The position numbers and the translations under genes were made by a program. Shown here piece by piece: positions 43,319-52,573 of a stretch of DNA of 64,000 nucleotides (position 1 is the first letter of the stretch; each line of letters begins with the position of its first letter). Below the pieces are notes generated by a model. It made no database searches, was not told the origin of the DNA, and saw only the letters and a program-made list of their open reading frames with translations. This stretch comes from an uncultured Faecalicoccus sp. (lineage in GTDB: Bacteria; Bacillota_I; Bacilli_A; Erysipelotrichales; Erysipelotrichaceae), in NCBI GenBank assembly GCA_902497095.1, contig CABVDD010000001.1, forward strand, positions 54,311 through 118,310. Direction: 5' to 3'.

Positions 43319-45623
43319 AAATATCAAAATTATGGGAAGTCTAGTTTTGAGTGCAGTATTGGCACAATCTCTTCTTCCTTTTAATGTATATGCATTGGAA
43401 GATGAAAATCCAACTCAGAAAACGGAAACTGTATATGCGGTTTTAAATGCAGATGGATCCGTATCGGATACGATCGTCTCAAGTTGGCTTCACGATGATG
43501 ATGGCATCCATAATGTAAAAGAAACATTAGATGAAACGGATGTAGAAAATGTCAAAAATGACGAAGAACCAAAAGTTGTTGGCAATGTGTATACATGGAA
43601 CAGTAAAAGTAATGATGTATATTATCAAGGAAAAACGGATAAAAAACTTCCGATTCAAGTAAAGATAACATATGAATTAGATGGAAAGATCGTCAGTGCC
43701 AAAGAAGTCGCAGGACAAAGCGGACATTTGAAATTGACGATTCACTTTGAGAATATGGAATCTAAGACAGTCTATTCCAACGGTAAAAAAATAACAGTTC
43801 ATCCTAGCTTCTTGGCAGGAGGCTTATTAACGCTGGATACAAACCATTATAAAAATGTATCGTGTGCGAATGGAAAAATCGTAAATGATGGAACAAATGA
43901 AGTATTAGCTTTTGCCAATGTACCAGGATTAGCAGCTACTTTGCAGGAAGCCGGGTTAAATAAGGTAGTGGATCAGCTGCATATTAGTGATGACTCTGTT
44001 ATTGAAGCCGATGTAAAAGATTTTGATTTGGGATCGATCATGATTGCCATGACCAATGAGATTTCTTTGGATGAATTAGCTGATCAGTTATCCATTGGCG
44101 ATTTGACAACAGGAATTGATCAATTAGTATCAGCTTCTGATCAGTTATTAGATGGCTCTAAACAATTGTATGAAGGAACAACACAACTTAAAGTAGGAGC
44201 TAAACCATTGACTTCTGCAACAACACAGATCCAACAATTAGCAGATGCTTCAACACAACTGCATACAGGAACAAGCTATCTATTAGATGGAATCAAAGCG
44301 TATACACAAGGTGTAACACAATTAGATCAAGGGAATCAACAACTTAATGCTTTGCCATCTGGCATAAAACAAACCGTGCAAGGAAGTGCTTCTTTATCTA
44401 AAGGGGCTATGAAATTACAAGAAGGTCTTGCTCAATTAGAAAAACAAGTAAATGGGTTAGATAAGAATACTTTGTCAAAACTTAGCCAGGCAATGAATTC
44501 GACTAAACAAGAATTAGCTGCCTTACAATCACAACTTCTGGTTTCTAAAGAAACCATGTCTTCTTTGGAGAATAGTTTACAAACAGTAAATCAGGCGATG
44601 ACAGGTTTGGATACATTCCAAACGCAATTTGAAGCCCTGATAGGCTCGATCAATCAAAGCGTAGAAACAAATCAGGCAAAGATTCAAGAATTTAATACGC
44701 AATTAGAAACCGCCAAAGAGACACAAATCCAGGCTTTGCGATCTTCTATTGAAGCATTACAAACGAGTAAATCAGCCATTTTACAAGAAGATACAACCGG
44801 TGCAGCTTCAAAGATCGATGAACAAATTGCCCAATTACAGACACAGCTGCAAGTTGTACAAAACATTGATATTCAAGGGTATACATTAGAAACATTGGAT
44901 AGTCAAAAAACACAATTACAAAGTTTGATCATGCAAACGAAAGAGTCTTTATCTGGATTATCGCAAGTAATGGAAAAATCAAAATCGGATATGCAAAAGT
45001 TACAGAATTCTTTACAGACAGCCAACCAGTCTTTTGCCACTTTAGAACAGATCATGGCTGGCGTACATCAAAATATGAGCGATGAAGATTTTGTACAACT
45101 GATCACAAAACTGCAGGATGGAGTTGGACAACTCAAAGCAGGAGCCGATCAACTTCAGACTGGCTCTGTTGCCTTAGAGTCTGGACTTCAACAGATTCAA
45201 AACGAGTCTAAAAACGCAATCGATCAGTTAAATGCCGGCTCTCAAGAAATTGTATCTAAAAACGAAACGTTAATTTCTGGTGCTTCTATGTTGGATGAAG
45301 GAACCGAACAATTAGAAAATCAGAAGTCGAAACTGATGGAAATGAGTGATGGACTAGTACAACTTCAGAGCGCATTGGATACATTGGAAGATGGTGCCAG
45401 ACAACTTTATGCTGGTCAAAGTCAATTTAACGAACAAGGTATGAATCAATTAAAAGAAACAGCGGATTTAACAACTGCAGAATTTAATACCTTACAAACT
45501 GTTTTTGATCAGATCGATGCATTAAACAAAGAGAATAAATCGTTTGCGGGCACACCACAAAATTCAGAGAATATCGTTCGTTTTGTATTTCGCACAAAAG
45601 ATATAGAATCAAAAGAAAAATAA
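43311..45623 (+). CDS. Secreted 770-aa protein: N-terminal globular domain plus about 470 aa of Gln/Leu-rich heptad repeats (YhgE/Pip-type LxxGxxQL repeats)
   Basis: Signal peptide MNKNIKIMGSLVLSAVLAQSLLPFNVYA. Repeats include QLLDGSKQLYEGTTQLKVG, QLHTGTSYLLDGIKAYTQGVTQL and LQDGVGQLKAGADQLQTG. No C-terminal TM segment or LPXTG. The start overlaps the MMPL stop by 8 nt. Confidence 0.7.
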   Translation: MNKNIKIMGSLVLSAVLAQSLLPFNVYALEDENPTQKTETVYAVLNADGSVSDTIVSSWLHDDDGIHNVKETLDETDVENVKNDEEPKVVGNVYTWNSKSNDVYYQGKTDKKLPIQVKITYELDGKIVSAKEVAGQSGHLKLTIHFENMESKTVYSNGKKITVHPSFLAGGLLTLDTNHYKNVSCANGKIVNDGTNEVLAFANVPGLAATLQEAGLNKVVDQLHISDDSVIEADVKDFDLGSIMIAMTNEISLDELADQLSIGDLTTGIDQLVSASDQLLDGSKQLYEGTTQLKVGAKPLTSATTQIQQLADASTQLHTGTSYLLDGIKAYTQGVTQLDQGNQQLNALPSGIKQTVQGSASLSKGAMKLQEGLAQLEKQVNGLDKNTLSKLSQAMNSTKQELAALQSQLLVSKETMSSLENSLQTVNQAMTGLDTFQTQFEALIGSINQSVETNQAKIQEFNTQLETAKETQIQALRSSIEALQTSKSAILQEDTTGAASKIDEQIAQLQTQLQVVQNIDIQGYTLETLDSQKTQLQSLIMQTKESLSGLSQVMEKSKSDMQKLQNSLQTANQSFATLEQIMAGVHQNMSDEDFVQLITKLQDGVGQLKAGADQLQTGSVALESGLQQIQNESKNAIDQLNAGSQEIVSKNETLISGASMLDEGTEQLENQKSKLMEMSDGLVQLQSALDTLEDGARQLYAGQSQFNEQGMNQLKETADLTTAEFNTLQTVFDQIDALNKENKSFAGTPQNSENIVRFVFRTKDIESKEK

Positions 45624-45626
45624 AAA

Positions 45627-45666
45627 TAATCAGCAAGGAAAAAAGTGATCCTTGCTGATTTTTGGT
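45627..45666. terminator. Bidirectional terminator between the convergent MMPL operon and thiT
   Basis: 11-bp stem ATCAGCAAGGA / TCCTTGCTGAT with an A-rich 5' flank and a T-rich 3' flank. Confidence 0.8.
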
Positions 45667-45669
45667 TTT

Positions 45670-46188
45670 TTATTTTTGATTTTTCATATGAGGTTCTAGG
45701 AATTTCATCATCAATGGAACTAAAACGAGTCCTAGAATAAGCGTTGGAATCATATATGTTGCCTGATAAGTGATAGATCCCCAAAGTGGTGTTTCCCATA
45801 CAACGACACCGCTGATAGTAGAACAAATAAAGCGAATGGCATTTGTTACGAATACACCAGAATAGAAATAACCAATGTTAGGGAATAAACTGGCCAAACC
45901 ATAAGCGGCAAAGGCAAACAGATAATCCAATAAAAATCCAATAAGTGTTGGTGTGTACATTGGTCCGGTAATAAATTGTGCAAATACAGATACTACCGCA
46001 ACAAATAATCCTTTTTTCCAACCAAGATGATAGCTGGCCATCAATAAAGCTAAAGTAGATACACCTAGGCTTCCACCTTGTGGCATTTGTAGAATTGGCA
46101 TAGTATTAATAAAAGTATCTAATACCATAAAGAGGGCTACATAAAAAGCCATCAACACGACATCTCTGACAGATAAATTCTTTCCCAT
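45670..46188 (-). CDS. thiT: ECF-transporter S component for thiamine (ThiT)
   Basis: 172 aa counted from ATG 46188 (SD GGAGGTG), 6 hydrophobic helices. Directly preceded by a TPP riboswitch. Confidence 0.8.
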   Translation of the reverse strand: MGKNLSVRDVVLMAFYVALFMVLDTFINTMPILQMPQGGSLGVSTLALLMASYHLGWKKGLFVAVVSVFAQFITGPMYTPTLIGFLLDYLFAFAAYGLASLFPNIGYFYSGVFVTNAIRFICSTISGVVVWETPLWGSITYQATYMIPTLILGLVLVPLMMKFLEPHMKNQK

Positions 46189-46199
46189 AAAAAAACACC

Positions 46200-46318
46200 T
46201 CCATTTGAGGCGTAAGGAATTCAAAAAAGCTTTGAAGACTCCCTACGCTAGAATTACCTAGATCAGGTCATAAGGGACCGTATCACTACATCTCAGCCTA
46301 AATAGGCGCCCCTGTCTT
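46200..46318 (-). promoter_or_regulatory. TPP (THI-box) riboswitch
   Basis: Minus strand reads CAGGGGCGCCTATTTAGGCTGAGATGTAGTGATACGGTCCCTTATGACCTGATCTAGGTAATTCTAGCGTAGGGAG. It contains the CTGAGA, ACCTGATCT and GCGTAGGGA THI-box elements. Confidence 0.9.
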
Positions 46319-46424
46319 GACTTGTATATTATAATCGAAACTTACAAGATTTCAAAGACTTTTGTTTTATGCTACGGCATCTGTTGTTATAGTATAATCA
46401 GAAAAAGTAAAGGAGATGTTTTGT

Positions 46425-46910
46425 ATGCATCAAAAAACAATATTTCGAAAAGCACAAAGAGAAGATGTTCCTTTGATTTTACAGTTTATTAAAGAGTTGG
46501 CAGAGTATGAAGGCATGTTAGATGAAGTAGTAGCAGACACGGATACATTAGAAACGTGGATTTTTGATCGTCAAAAAGCTGAAGTGATTTTCGCATTAGA
46601 AAATGGTAAAGAAATTGGCTTTGCCTTGTTTTTTCATAATTTTTCTACTTTTTTAGGAAAAGCCGGAATTTATTTAGAAGACTTATATGTGAAACCAGAA
46701 TATCGTAAAAAAGGATATGGTAAAGCTATACTTTGCGAATTGGCACGAATTGCTGTGGAACGAGGCTGTGGACGTTTGGAATGGTGGTGCCTGGATTGGA
46801 ATAAACCAAGCATTGATTTTTATCTTTCTTTGGGAGCTAAGCCTATGTCCGATTGGACAGTGTATCGTATTAGTGGGCCAACTTTAGAAAAGATGGCAAA
46901 CTCTAAATAA
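46425..46910 (+). CDS. GNAT family N-acetyltransferase (diamine/spermidine acetyltransferase-like)
   Basis: 161 aa counted from ATG 46425 (SD AGGAG 46411-15). Acetyl-CoA motif YRKKGYGKA. Confidence 0.8.
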   Translation: MHQKTIFRKAQREDVPLILQFIKELAEYEGMLDEVVADTDTLETWIFDRQKAEVIFALENGKEIGFALFFHNFSTFLGKAGIYLEDLYVKPEYRKKGYGKAILCELARIAVERGCGRLEWWCLDWNKPSIDFYLSLGAKPMSDWTVYRISGPTLEKMANSK

Positions 46911-47097
46911 AGGAATGAAAATATAAATTTTATGAATGATGCAAAGTCTGTTTTGTGAATTGTAAAAATAAAAGACGATCTGTTTTTACACATGAGCAAT
47001 TTCTTTATGAAAAAACGAATATAGATGTAAGCCTATAAGGTGGATATACTTTGTAAGAAATGATAGAATACACAACGTAAAAGAAAAGAGGATTTGT

Positions 47098-48051
47098 ATG
47101 AAATTTCAAAAATCAAAAGTTGTTGTTATAGGTGTTGGAAATGTAGGAGCGACTACGGCATATAGTATTATTAATCAAGGACTTTGTGAAGAAGTTGTTT
47201 TGATCGATGTCAATAAAGAAAAAGCCGTGGGAGAAGCTTTAGATATGCAACAAGCGGTTCATTTTATGAATCGTAATATGGTGGTTCGTGCTGGAGAATA
47301 TACAGATTGTAAAGATGCAGATATTGTAATTATTACGGCCAGTGCGCCTATGCCAAAAGATTCTAATGATCGTTTAGAAATGTTGAAGCCAAGCATTCAT
47401 ATTATGAAAAGCATTGTTTCATCAGTGATGGAAAATGGATTTAAGGGAATTTTTATCGTGGTATCCAATCCGGTAGATATCATGACGTATCTTGTATGGA
47501 AATTTTCAGGACTTCCTTCCAGTCAAGTAGTAGGCAGTGGAACAGCTTTGGATACAGCTCGTTTGTGCTGCAGTTTAGCTTCTATGTATGATCTGGATTC
47601 AAAAAGTGTGCATGCTTACATTTTAGGAGAGCATGGGGATAGTGAGATGGTAGCCTGGTCATCTTCTACAATTGGAGGTAAACTGTTATCGGATGTGTTA
47701 AGCGATAATGTGGAACGTACGCAAAATGAAACGGAAGAAAGTCTTTTAGAACAAACAAAACAAGCGGGTTGGGAAATTTTCAACCGCAAAGGAAATACAT
47801 GTTATGGTATTGCGGCCTCGACTACAGCTATTGTTAAGTCCATATTATTTAATGAAAATCGAATTTTGCCGGTCAGTGTATTAGTTAATGGTATTTATGG
47901 TATTGAAAATGTATATTTATCTGTACCTACTATATTAAATGGATCCGGTGCTAAGGAAACAGTTGAGATTCGCTTGGATGATAACGAAAAGAAAGCATTG
48001 TTGAAATCGGCAGCTCTTTTGAAGTCTATTTATCCAGATTTGGATGTGTAG
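47098..48051 (+). CDS. ldh: L-lactate dehydrogenase
   Basis: 317 aa. VIGVGNVGAT Rossmann motif, LIDV, SNPVDI, GEHGDSE. Confidence 0.9.
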   Translation: MKFQKSKVVVIGVGNVGATTAYSIINQGLCEEVVLIDVNKEKAVGEALDMQQAVHFMNRNMVVRAGEYTDCKDADIVIITASAPMPKDSNDRLEMLKPSIHIMKSIVSSVMENGFKGIFIVVSNPVDIMTYLVWKFSGLPSSQVVGSGTALDTARLCCSLASMYDLDSKSVHAYILGEHGDSEMVAWSSSTIGGKLLSDVLSDNVERTQNETEESLLEQTKQAGWEIFNRKGNTCYGIAASTTAIVKSILFNENRILPVSVLVNGIYGIENVYLSVPTILNGSGAKETVEIRLDDNEKKALLKSAALLKSIYPDLDV

Positions 48052-48098
48052 AATTTAAATTGTTTGCGAAATAGTCCAAAATGGATTAGAATAGTTTC

Positions 48099-48650
48099 AT
48101 GAAAATTAATAGCGAAACCATTATATTAGACAGTGATCCAAGAATTCGTACAAAAAGCGAAAAAGTGGAATTACCTTTATCGGCGCAAGATCGTCAGTTG
48201 TTAGAAGATATGTTGACATATGTTCGTAATTCACAAGATGATGAAATTGCACAAGCACAAGGTCTGCAGCCAGCTGTTGGCATTGCGGCCATACAATTAG
48301 GAATTCCTAAACAGTTAATCGCGGTTGTCGTACCAGAAGAAGATGGTGTTCATGAAGCTGCTTTAGCTAATCCGAGAATTGTTTCTGAATCTGTGCAAAA
48401 TGGCTATTTGGAAAATGGGGAAGGTTGTTTATCTGTCAAAGAGGAGCATCCAGGCCATGTGTTCCGCCATGCCCGTATCAAAGTGCGAGGATACGATTTG
48501 ATTCAGGATAAAAATGTTACGATAAGTGCAGAAGGATATTTTGCGATTGCCTTGCAGCATGAAATAGATCATCTATCCGGTATTTTGTTCTATGATCGAA
48601 TTGATGAAGACGATCCATGGAAAGAAGACCCAGAAGCAGAAGTTATCTAA
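48099..48650 (+). CDS. def: Peptide deformylase
   Basis: 183 aa. The three Def motifs are present: GIAAIQLG, EGCLS and QHEIDHL. Confidence 0.9.
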   Translation: MKINSETIILDSDPRIRTKSEKVELPLSAQDRQLLEDMLTYVRNSQDDEIAQAQGLQPAVGIAAIQLGIPKQLIAVVVPEEDGVHEAALANPRIVSESVQNGYLENGEGCLSVKEEHPGHVFRHARIKVRGYDLIQDKNVTISAEGYFAIALQHEIDHLSGILFYDRIDEDDPWKEDPEAEVI

Positions 48651-48666
48651 TACTCTGCTTTTTTAA
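48634..48666 (+). terminator. Weak intrinsic terminator after def
   Basis: 7-bp stem AAGCAGA / TCTGCTT with a long loop, then T6. Overlaps the def 3' end. Confidence 0.4.
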
Positions 48667-48740
48667 TTGTTAAGGTATATCGGTTTTGTTATAATTTAGG
48701 AAAGATTAACATAGGTTTATTGTATAGAAAAGAGGAATTT

Positions 48741-50543
48741 ATGCCAAAACAATCTAACAACAGTTTTGGTCATGCTCAATCAAAGAAAACATATCATACA
48801 AAGAATCGTGTTGAAAAAAACGATACATTGATTTATGCCTTAGGTGGACTGGGCGAAGTTGGAAAGAACATGTATTGTTATGAACATGAAAATGAAATTT
48901 GTATCGTTGACTGTGGTGTGTTATTTCCTGGAGATGATCTTTTAGGTGTTGATTATGTCATTCCAGATTATCATCATTTGATTCGCATGAACAAAAAAAG
49001 AAAATTTTTAGTCATTACCCATGGTCATGAAGATCATATCGGAGGAATCCCTTTCTTGTTGAAGCAAGTCAATATTGATGCGATTTATGCACCAAGATTT
49101 GCCAAAGCTTTGATACAGAAAAAATTATCAGAACATAAAGGATTAGAGCGTACTAAGATCATTGAAATCAATGATGAATCCAGAATTCATACAAAGTATT
49201 TTACATTGGGATTTTTTAATACAATTCACTCCATTCCTGATTCTTTAGGCGTTTTGATCACAACGCCAAATGGCTCTATTGTACATACCGGAGATTTTAA
49301 GTTTGATTTGACCCCGGTAGGAACGAATGCGGATTACCAGAAAATGGCGTATATTGGAGTTTTAAAACCGGATCTTTTGATGTCGGATTCAACAAATTCT
49401 GGCGTAGAAGACTTTTCTATCTCAGAAAAGAAAGTAGCCAATGAAATTTTGGACATTATGCGTAAAACGAAGCAACGATTGATTGTTGCGACTTTTGCTT
49501 CTAACGTGCATCGTGTTTCACAGATATTAGAAGCTGCTATTAAATGTGGGCGCAAGGTGATCGTTTTTGGCCGAAGCATGGAAAATGTCGTCGATATCGG
49601 TCGTAAAATGGGTACGATCAAAGTAAAAAACAGTGATTTTTTAAGTCCTGATGAATTAGCGCATACCCCAGATGATAAAGTGTGCATTATTTGTACCGGA
49701 TCACAAGGAGAACCATTGGCTGCCTTAAGTCGTATTAGTAATGGAACACATCGTTACATTCATATTAAGCCAGGCGATACGATCGTGTTTAGTTCCAATC
49801 CGATTCCTGGTAATGCATCCAGTGTCAATAAGGTGATCGATAATTTGTTTAGAAGCGGTGCAACCGTTTTGACAAAATCAATTTTGAATAATCTGCATAC
49901 TACAGGACATGCTTCAAAAGAAGAACAAAAACTGATGTTGCAGTTGATCAAACCACGTTATTTTATGCCTATTCATGGTGAATACAAGATGTTGATGCAA
50001 CATCGTCAGACTGCTATGGAAGTTGGCGTTCCTAAAGAAAAGATTTTTGTCTGTGCCAATGGAGATATTCTGATTTTGCGAAATCATGAGGTGCTTCAAA
50101 GCGATTGGCGCTATCAAGGTGATGATATTTATGTTGATGGAAATGATATTTCCGGTTTATCAACAGCGGTATTAAAGGATCGTCGTATATTAGCGGACAA
50201 TGGTTTGGTGTCAGTTATCATTGCCATTGATTCGAAAACAAATAAGATTTTGATGCGGCCAGTCATTGTGAGCCGAGGATTTGTCTTTATCAAAGATTCG
50301 CAGGGATTGATCAAAGAAGCAGAATTTATCGTACATAATTCTTTACAGGAGAAGATGAAAGAAAAGACGACATTCTCGGAAATCAAAAACTGTGTTCGAT
50401 CTACTCTGGAACCTTATTTGTATAAGAAAACACATCGAAATCCGATCGTAATTCCGGTTATCATCAACTCACGTCAAACAATGGAAGAAATCCAACAGAA
50501 GCGTTTGGCTAAACAACGGATTCGTAAAAAAGAGGAAGAATGA
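48741..50543 (+). CDS. rnj: Ribonuclease J
   Basis: Metallo-beta-lactamase/beta-CASP motifs HGHEDHIGG, TGDFK and HTSGH-like HTTGHAS, plus a C-terminal domain. ATG 48741 follows SD AGAGGA. Confidence 0.9.
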   Translation: MPKQSNNSFGHAQSKKTYHTKNRVEKNDTLIYALGGLGEVGKNMYCYEHENEICIVDCGVLFPGDDLLGVDYVIPDYHHLIRMNKKRKFLVITHGHEDHIGGIPFLLKQVNIDAIYAPRFAKALIQKKLSEHKGLERTKIIEINDESRIHTKYFTLGFFNTIHSIPDSLGVLITTPNGSIVHTGDFKFDLTPVGTNADYQKMAYIGVLKPDLLMSDSTNSGVEDFSISEKKVANEILDIMRKTKQRLIVATFASNVHRVSQILEAAIKCGRKVIVFGRSMENVVDIGRKMGTIKVKNSDFLSPDELAHTPDDKVCIICTGSQGEPLAALSRISNGTHRYIHIKPGDTIVFSSNPIPGNASSVNKVIDNLFRSGATVLTKSILNNLHTTGHASKEEQKLMLQLIKPRYFMPIHGEYKMLMQHRQTAMEVGVPKEKIFVCANGDILILRNHEVLQSDWRYQGDDIYVDGNDISGLSTAVLKDRRILADNGLVSVIIAIDSKTNKILMRPVIVSRGFVFIKDSQGLIKEAEFIVHNSLQEKMKEKTTFSEIKNCVRSTLEPYLYKKTHRNPIVIPVIINSRQTMEEIQQKRLAKQRIRKKEEE

Positions 50544-50559
50544 CAAAAATTGTGATTTA

Positions 50560-50584
50560 AGAGGGCAAAAGCTCTCTTTTTTTG
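50560..50584 (+). terminator. Rho-independent terminator after rnj
   Basis: AGAGGGC-AAAA-GCTCTCT (one G-U pair) followed by T6. Confidence 0.75.
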
Positions 50585-50949
50585 AATGGTATCGTATCAT
50601 TTTGACGAAATTTTATGGATTCATCTATTTAGAAAAAAATCTTATCAAAACTATTTCATTAGGCCACATTTCAATATTCTTCATGCATTTATCAGATTTT
50701 ATCTGTTATAAGGAATAAGTTGAAAGAAAATATTAAAAGATTGTGATTTGTGTAGATCAAAATGGAAGACAAAAATGTCTTAAATCGATTCTTCTATCTT
50801 GAAAACAAAGAGAGATTAGCTACGAGACGTTTTTCTTTGTATTTGTATAGGTTTATAAAAATCTCTTTTTTGATATGGAAAAAGTAGCTAATCGTAAAGA
50901 CTAACCACTTTATGTAATACTGTAATGAAATTGTTAAGCTAGAATTTTA

Positions 50950-51318
50950 TCACTCAACGATTTTATAACCTGCTTGCTTGAGAACTTCCAATGCTCTTTG
51001 ATAATTTTCCTTTTTTATCAAAATATAATCTGTATTATAGGTGGAAATTGCAAAAATCGAAATACTGTTCATTGCTAGAATTTCTGAAATTTTAGAAAGT
51101 ATCCCGACTAAAGAAAAGTCTAAAATACCTTGAATACGAAATCCTTTCCATCCATCATCGCGTTGAATAACATTTGATGGAACATCACTAGTTATGCATA
51201 CTAAAGAGTTTTCTTCATCTGTTTTTCCAGTGAAAATATATTCTGCGTTTATGTTTACAAGAGAATAATCTTTCACTTTACATACTGAAAAATCTTGATT
51301 TATCTTTTTTATTTCCAT
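50950..51318 (-). CDS. ACT-domain-containing small protein (ACT_7-like)
   Basis: 122 aa counted from ATG 51318 (SD GGAGGA). GILSKISEILAMNSISIFAISTYNTDYILIK is a typical ACT fold signature. Confidence 0.65.
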   Translation of the reverse strand: MEIKKINQDFSVCKVKDYSLVNINAEYIFTGKTDEENSLVCITSDVPSNVIQRDDGWKGFRIQGILDFSLVGILSKISEILAMNSISIFAISTYNTDYILIKKENYQRALEVLKQAGYKIVE

Positions 51319-51680
51319 AGCATTATCCTCCATAAATTCTAATTTATTTAAATAGTATACTTCTATTCAGTATCACCTACAATGAAAATATGTTTAACGG
51401 ATTATTTTTTCATTTCATTCTGGCAAAGTAAGGTTTTGCAGATTTAAGTGTGCTTTTTATATTAATTTTTATGTAGTTTGTTTCGCAACATGGAGTTTAT
51501 CTTGGATTTGTACCAGGCTTTAAAAACCATAAATTTTATATTGTAAAGAATAAAGAACAGTTCAAACTTATCCGATTTTTTCAGCATAGAAATTTGTTTT
51601 AATGAACTTTGCATTTTCATTTTATAGGCATATTCAAGTCCTTTTAGTAGATCTATGGTAGAATGGATACTGGTGATAAC

Positions 51681-52520
51681 ATGACAAAACTTCAAAAACG
51701 ACTTTTAGTTGTAATCAGTATTTTGACAGCTTTTATGGTTTTTGTCGCATCCAGTCTGTTTATGGCCTTTATGATCAATCCAGATCAGCTTTATGTACAT
51801 TATCAAAGCGTTGAAGATACAAAGATATCCCAGGATGTTGGAGTGGTTTCCATGGTGTACTTTACGGATCTTCAATATGGCGAGTTTGAAAGCGATGCTC
51901 GTATGGAAAAATTGATAGATACGATTCGAGATTTAGATCCCAATATTGTGGTATTTGGTGGAGACTTGTATGATGATAGTTATACACCAAGCGAAGAATC
52001 CAACCAAAAACTAATTCAATATTTCAATCAAATCGAAGCACCTTTGGGTAAATTTTGTGTTCTTGGAGAAAAAGATCAAGATGAAGTAAGGGCACAGGCT
52101 GTACAATATATATTAAATAACAGCAGTTTTGAAATTTTATCCAATACATCGGTGCATCTTTTAAATTGTATTCGATTAACAGGATTGTCCACGACACCGG
52201 ATTATTCGGTGTTAAGTGCCAATGCCTCTCAAGAATACAATATTGTAGTCAGTCATTATCCGGATGTTTTATTGGATCAAAGTTTGCAGTCCGCCTCGAT
52301 ATCACTGGCTTTGGCCGGTCATTCCCATGGTACTCAATTAACGTATCCATGGATAGGAGGTTATCGAAGCGTAGATGGTGCGACTTCTTTGAATCGGGCA
52401 CAATCTGTAAATTTGCCATTTCAAACTATTTTATCAGCTGGTGTAGGATGTACAAAGGTCAATGCGCGATTAAATGCCGATCCAGAAATTCATTATTTCC
52501 TATTTTCATATAAGAACTGA
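51681..52520 (+). CDS. Membrane-anchored calcineurin-like metallophosphoesterase homolog (YkuE-like) with substituted active-site motifs
   Basis: N-terminal TM helix. Motifs GGDLYDD, SHYPD and GHSHG are present, but DLQ replaces DxH and GEKD replaces GNHD. Alternative start at ATG 51663. Confidence 0.65.
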   Translation: MTKLQKRLLVVISILTAFMVFVASSLFMAFMINPDQLYVHYQSVEDTKISQDVGVVSMVYFTDLQYGEFESDARMEKLIDTIRDLDPNIVVFGGDLYDDSYTPSEESNQKLIQYFNQIEAPLGKFCVLGEKDQDEVRAQAVQYILNNSSFEILSNTSVHLLNCIRLTGLSTTPDYSVLSANASQEYNIVVSHYPDVLLDQSLQSASISLALAGHSHGTQLTYPWIGGYRSVDGATSLNRAQSVNLPFQTILSAGVGCTKVNARLNADPEIHYFLFSYKN

Positions 52521-52573
52521 TGGTCTTTGGTTGTGCTTTATATTGTGATAAAATAAGCCAGTCAGGGGGATCT

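Noticed and set aside
46953-46970. Rex half-site TTGTGAA upstream of ldh.
   Set aside because: The partner half-site at the correct spacing reads AAAAATA (about 2/7 matches). Only one half is present, so I do not call it a Rex operator despite ldh being a classical Rex target.
46961-46990. Hairpin TGTAAAAA...TTTTTACA after the GNAT gene as a terminator.
   Set aside because: The stem is all A/T base pairs with a 14-nt loop and no following U-run, so it is too weak to annotate.
51462-51695. 77-aa minus-strand ORF in the spacer upstream of the phosphoesterase gene.
   Set aside because: It needs a TTG start that overlaps the opposite gene's start. It has no SD and a Lys/Phe-rich, AT-driven composition. 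It is probably non-coding, and is mentioned only within the spacer finding.
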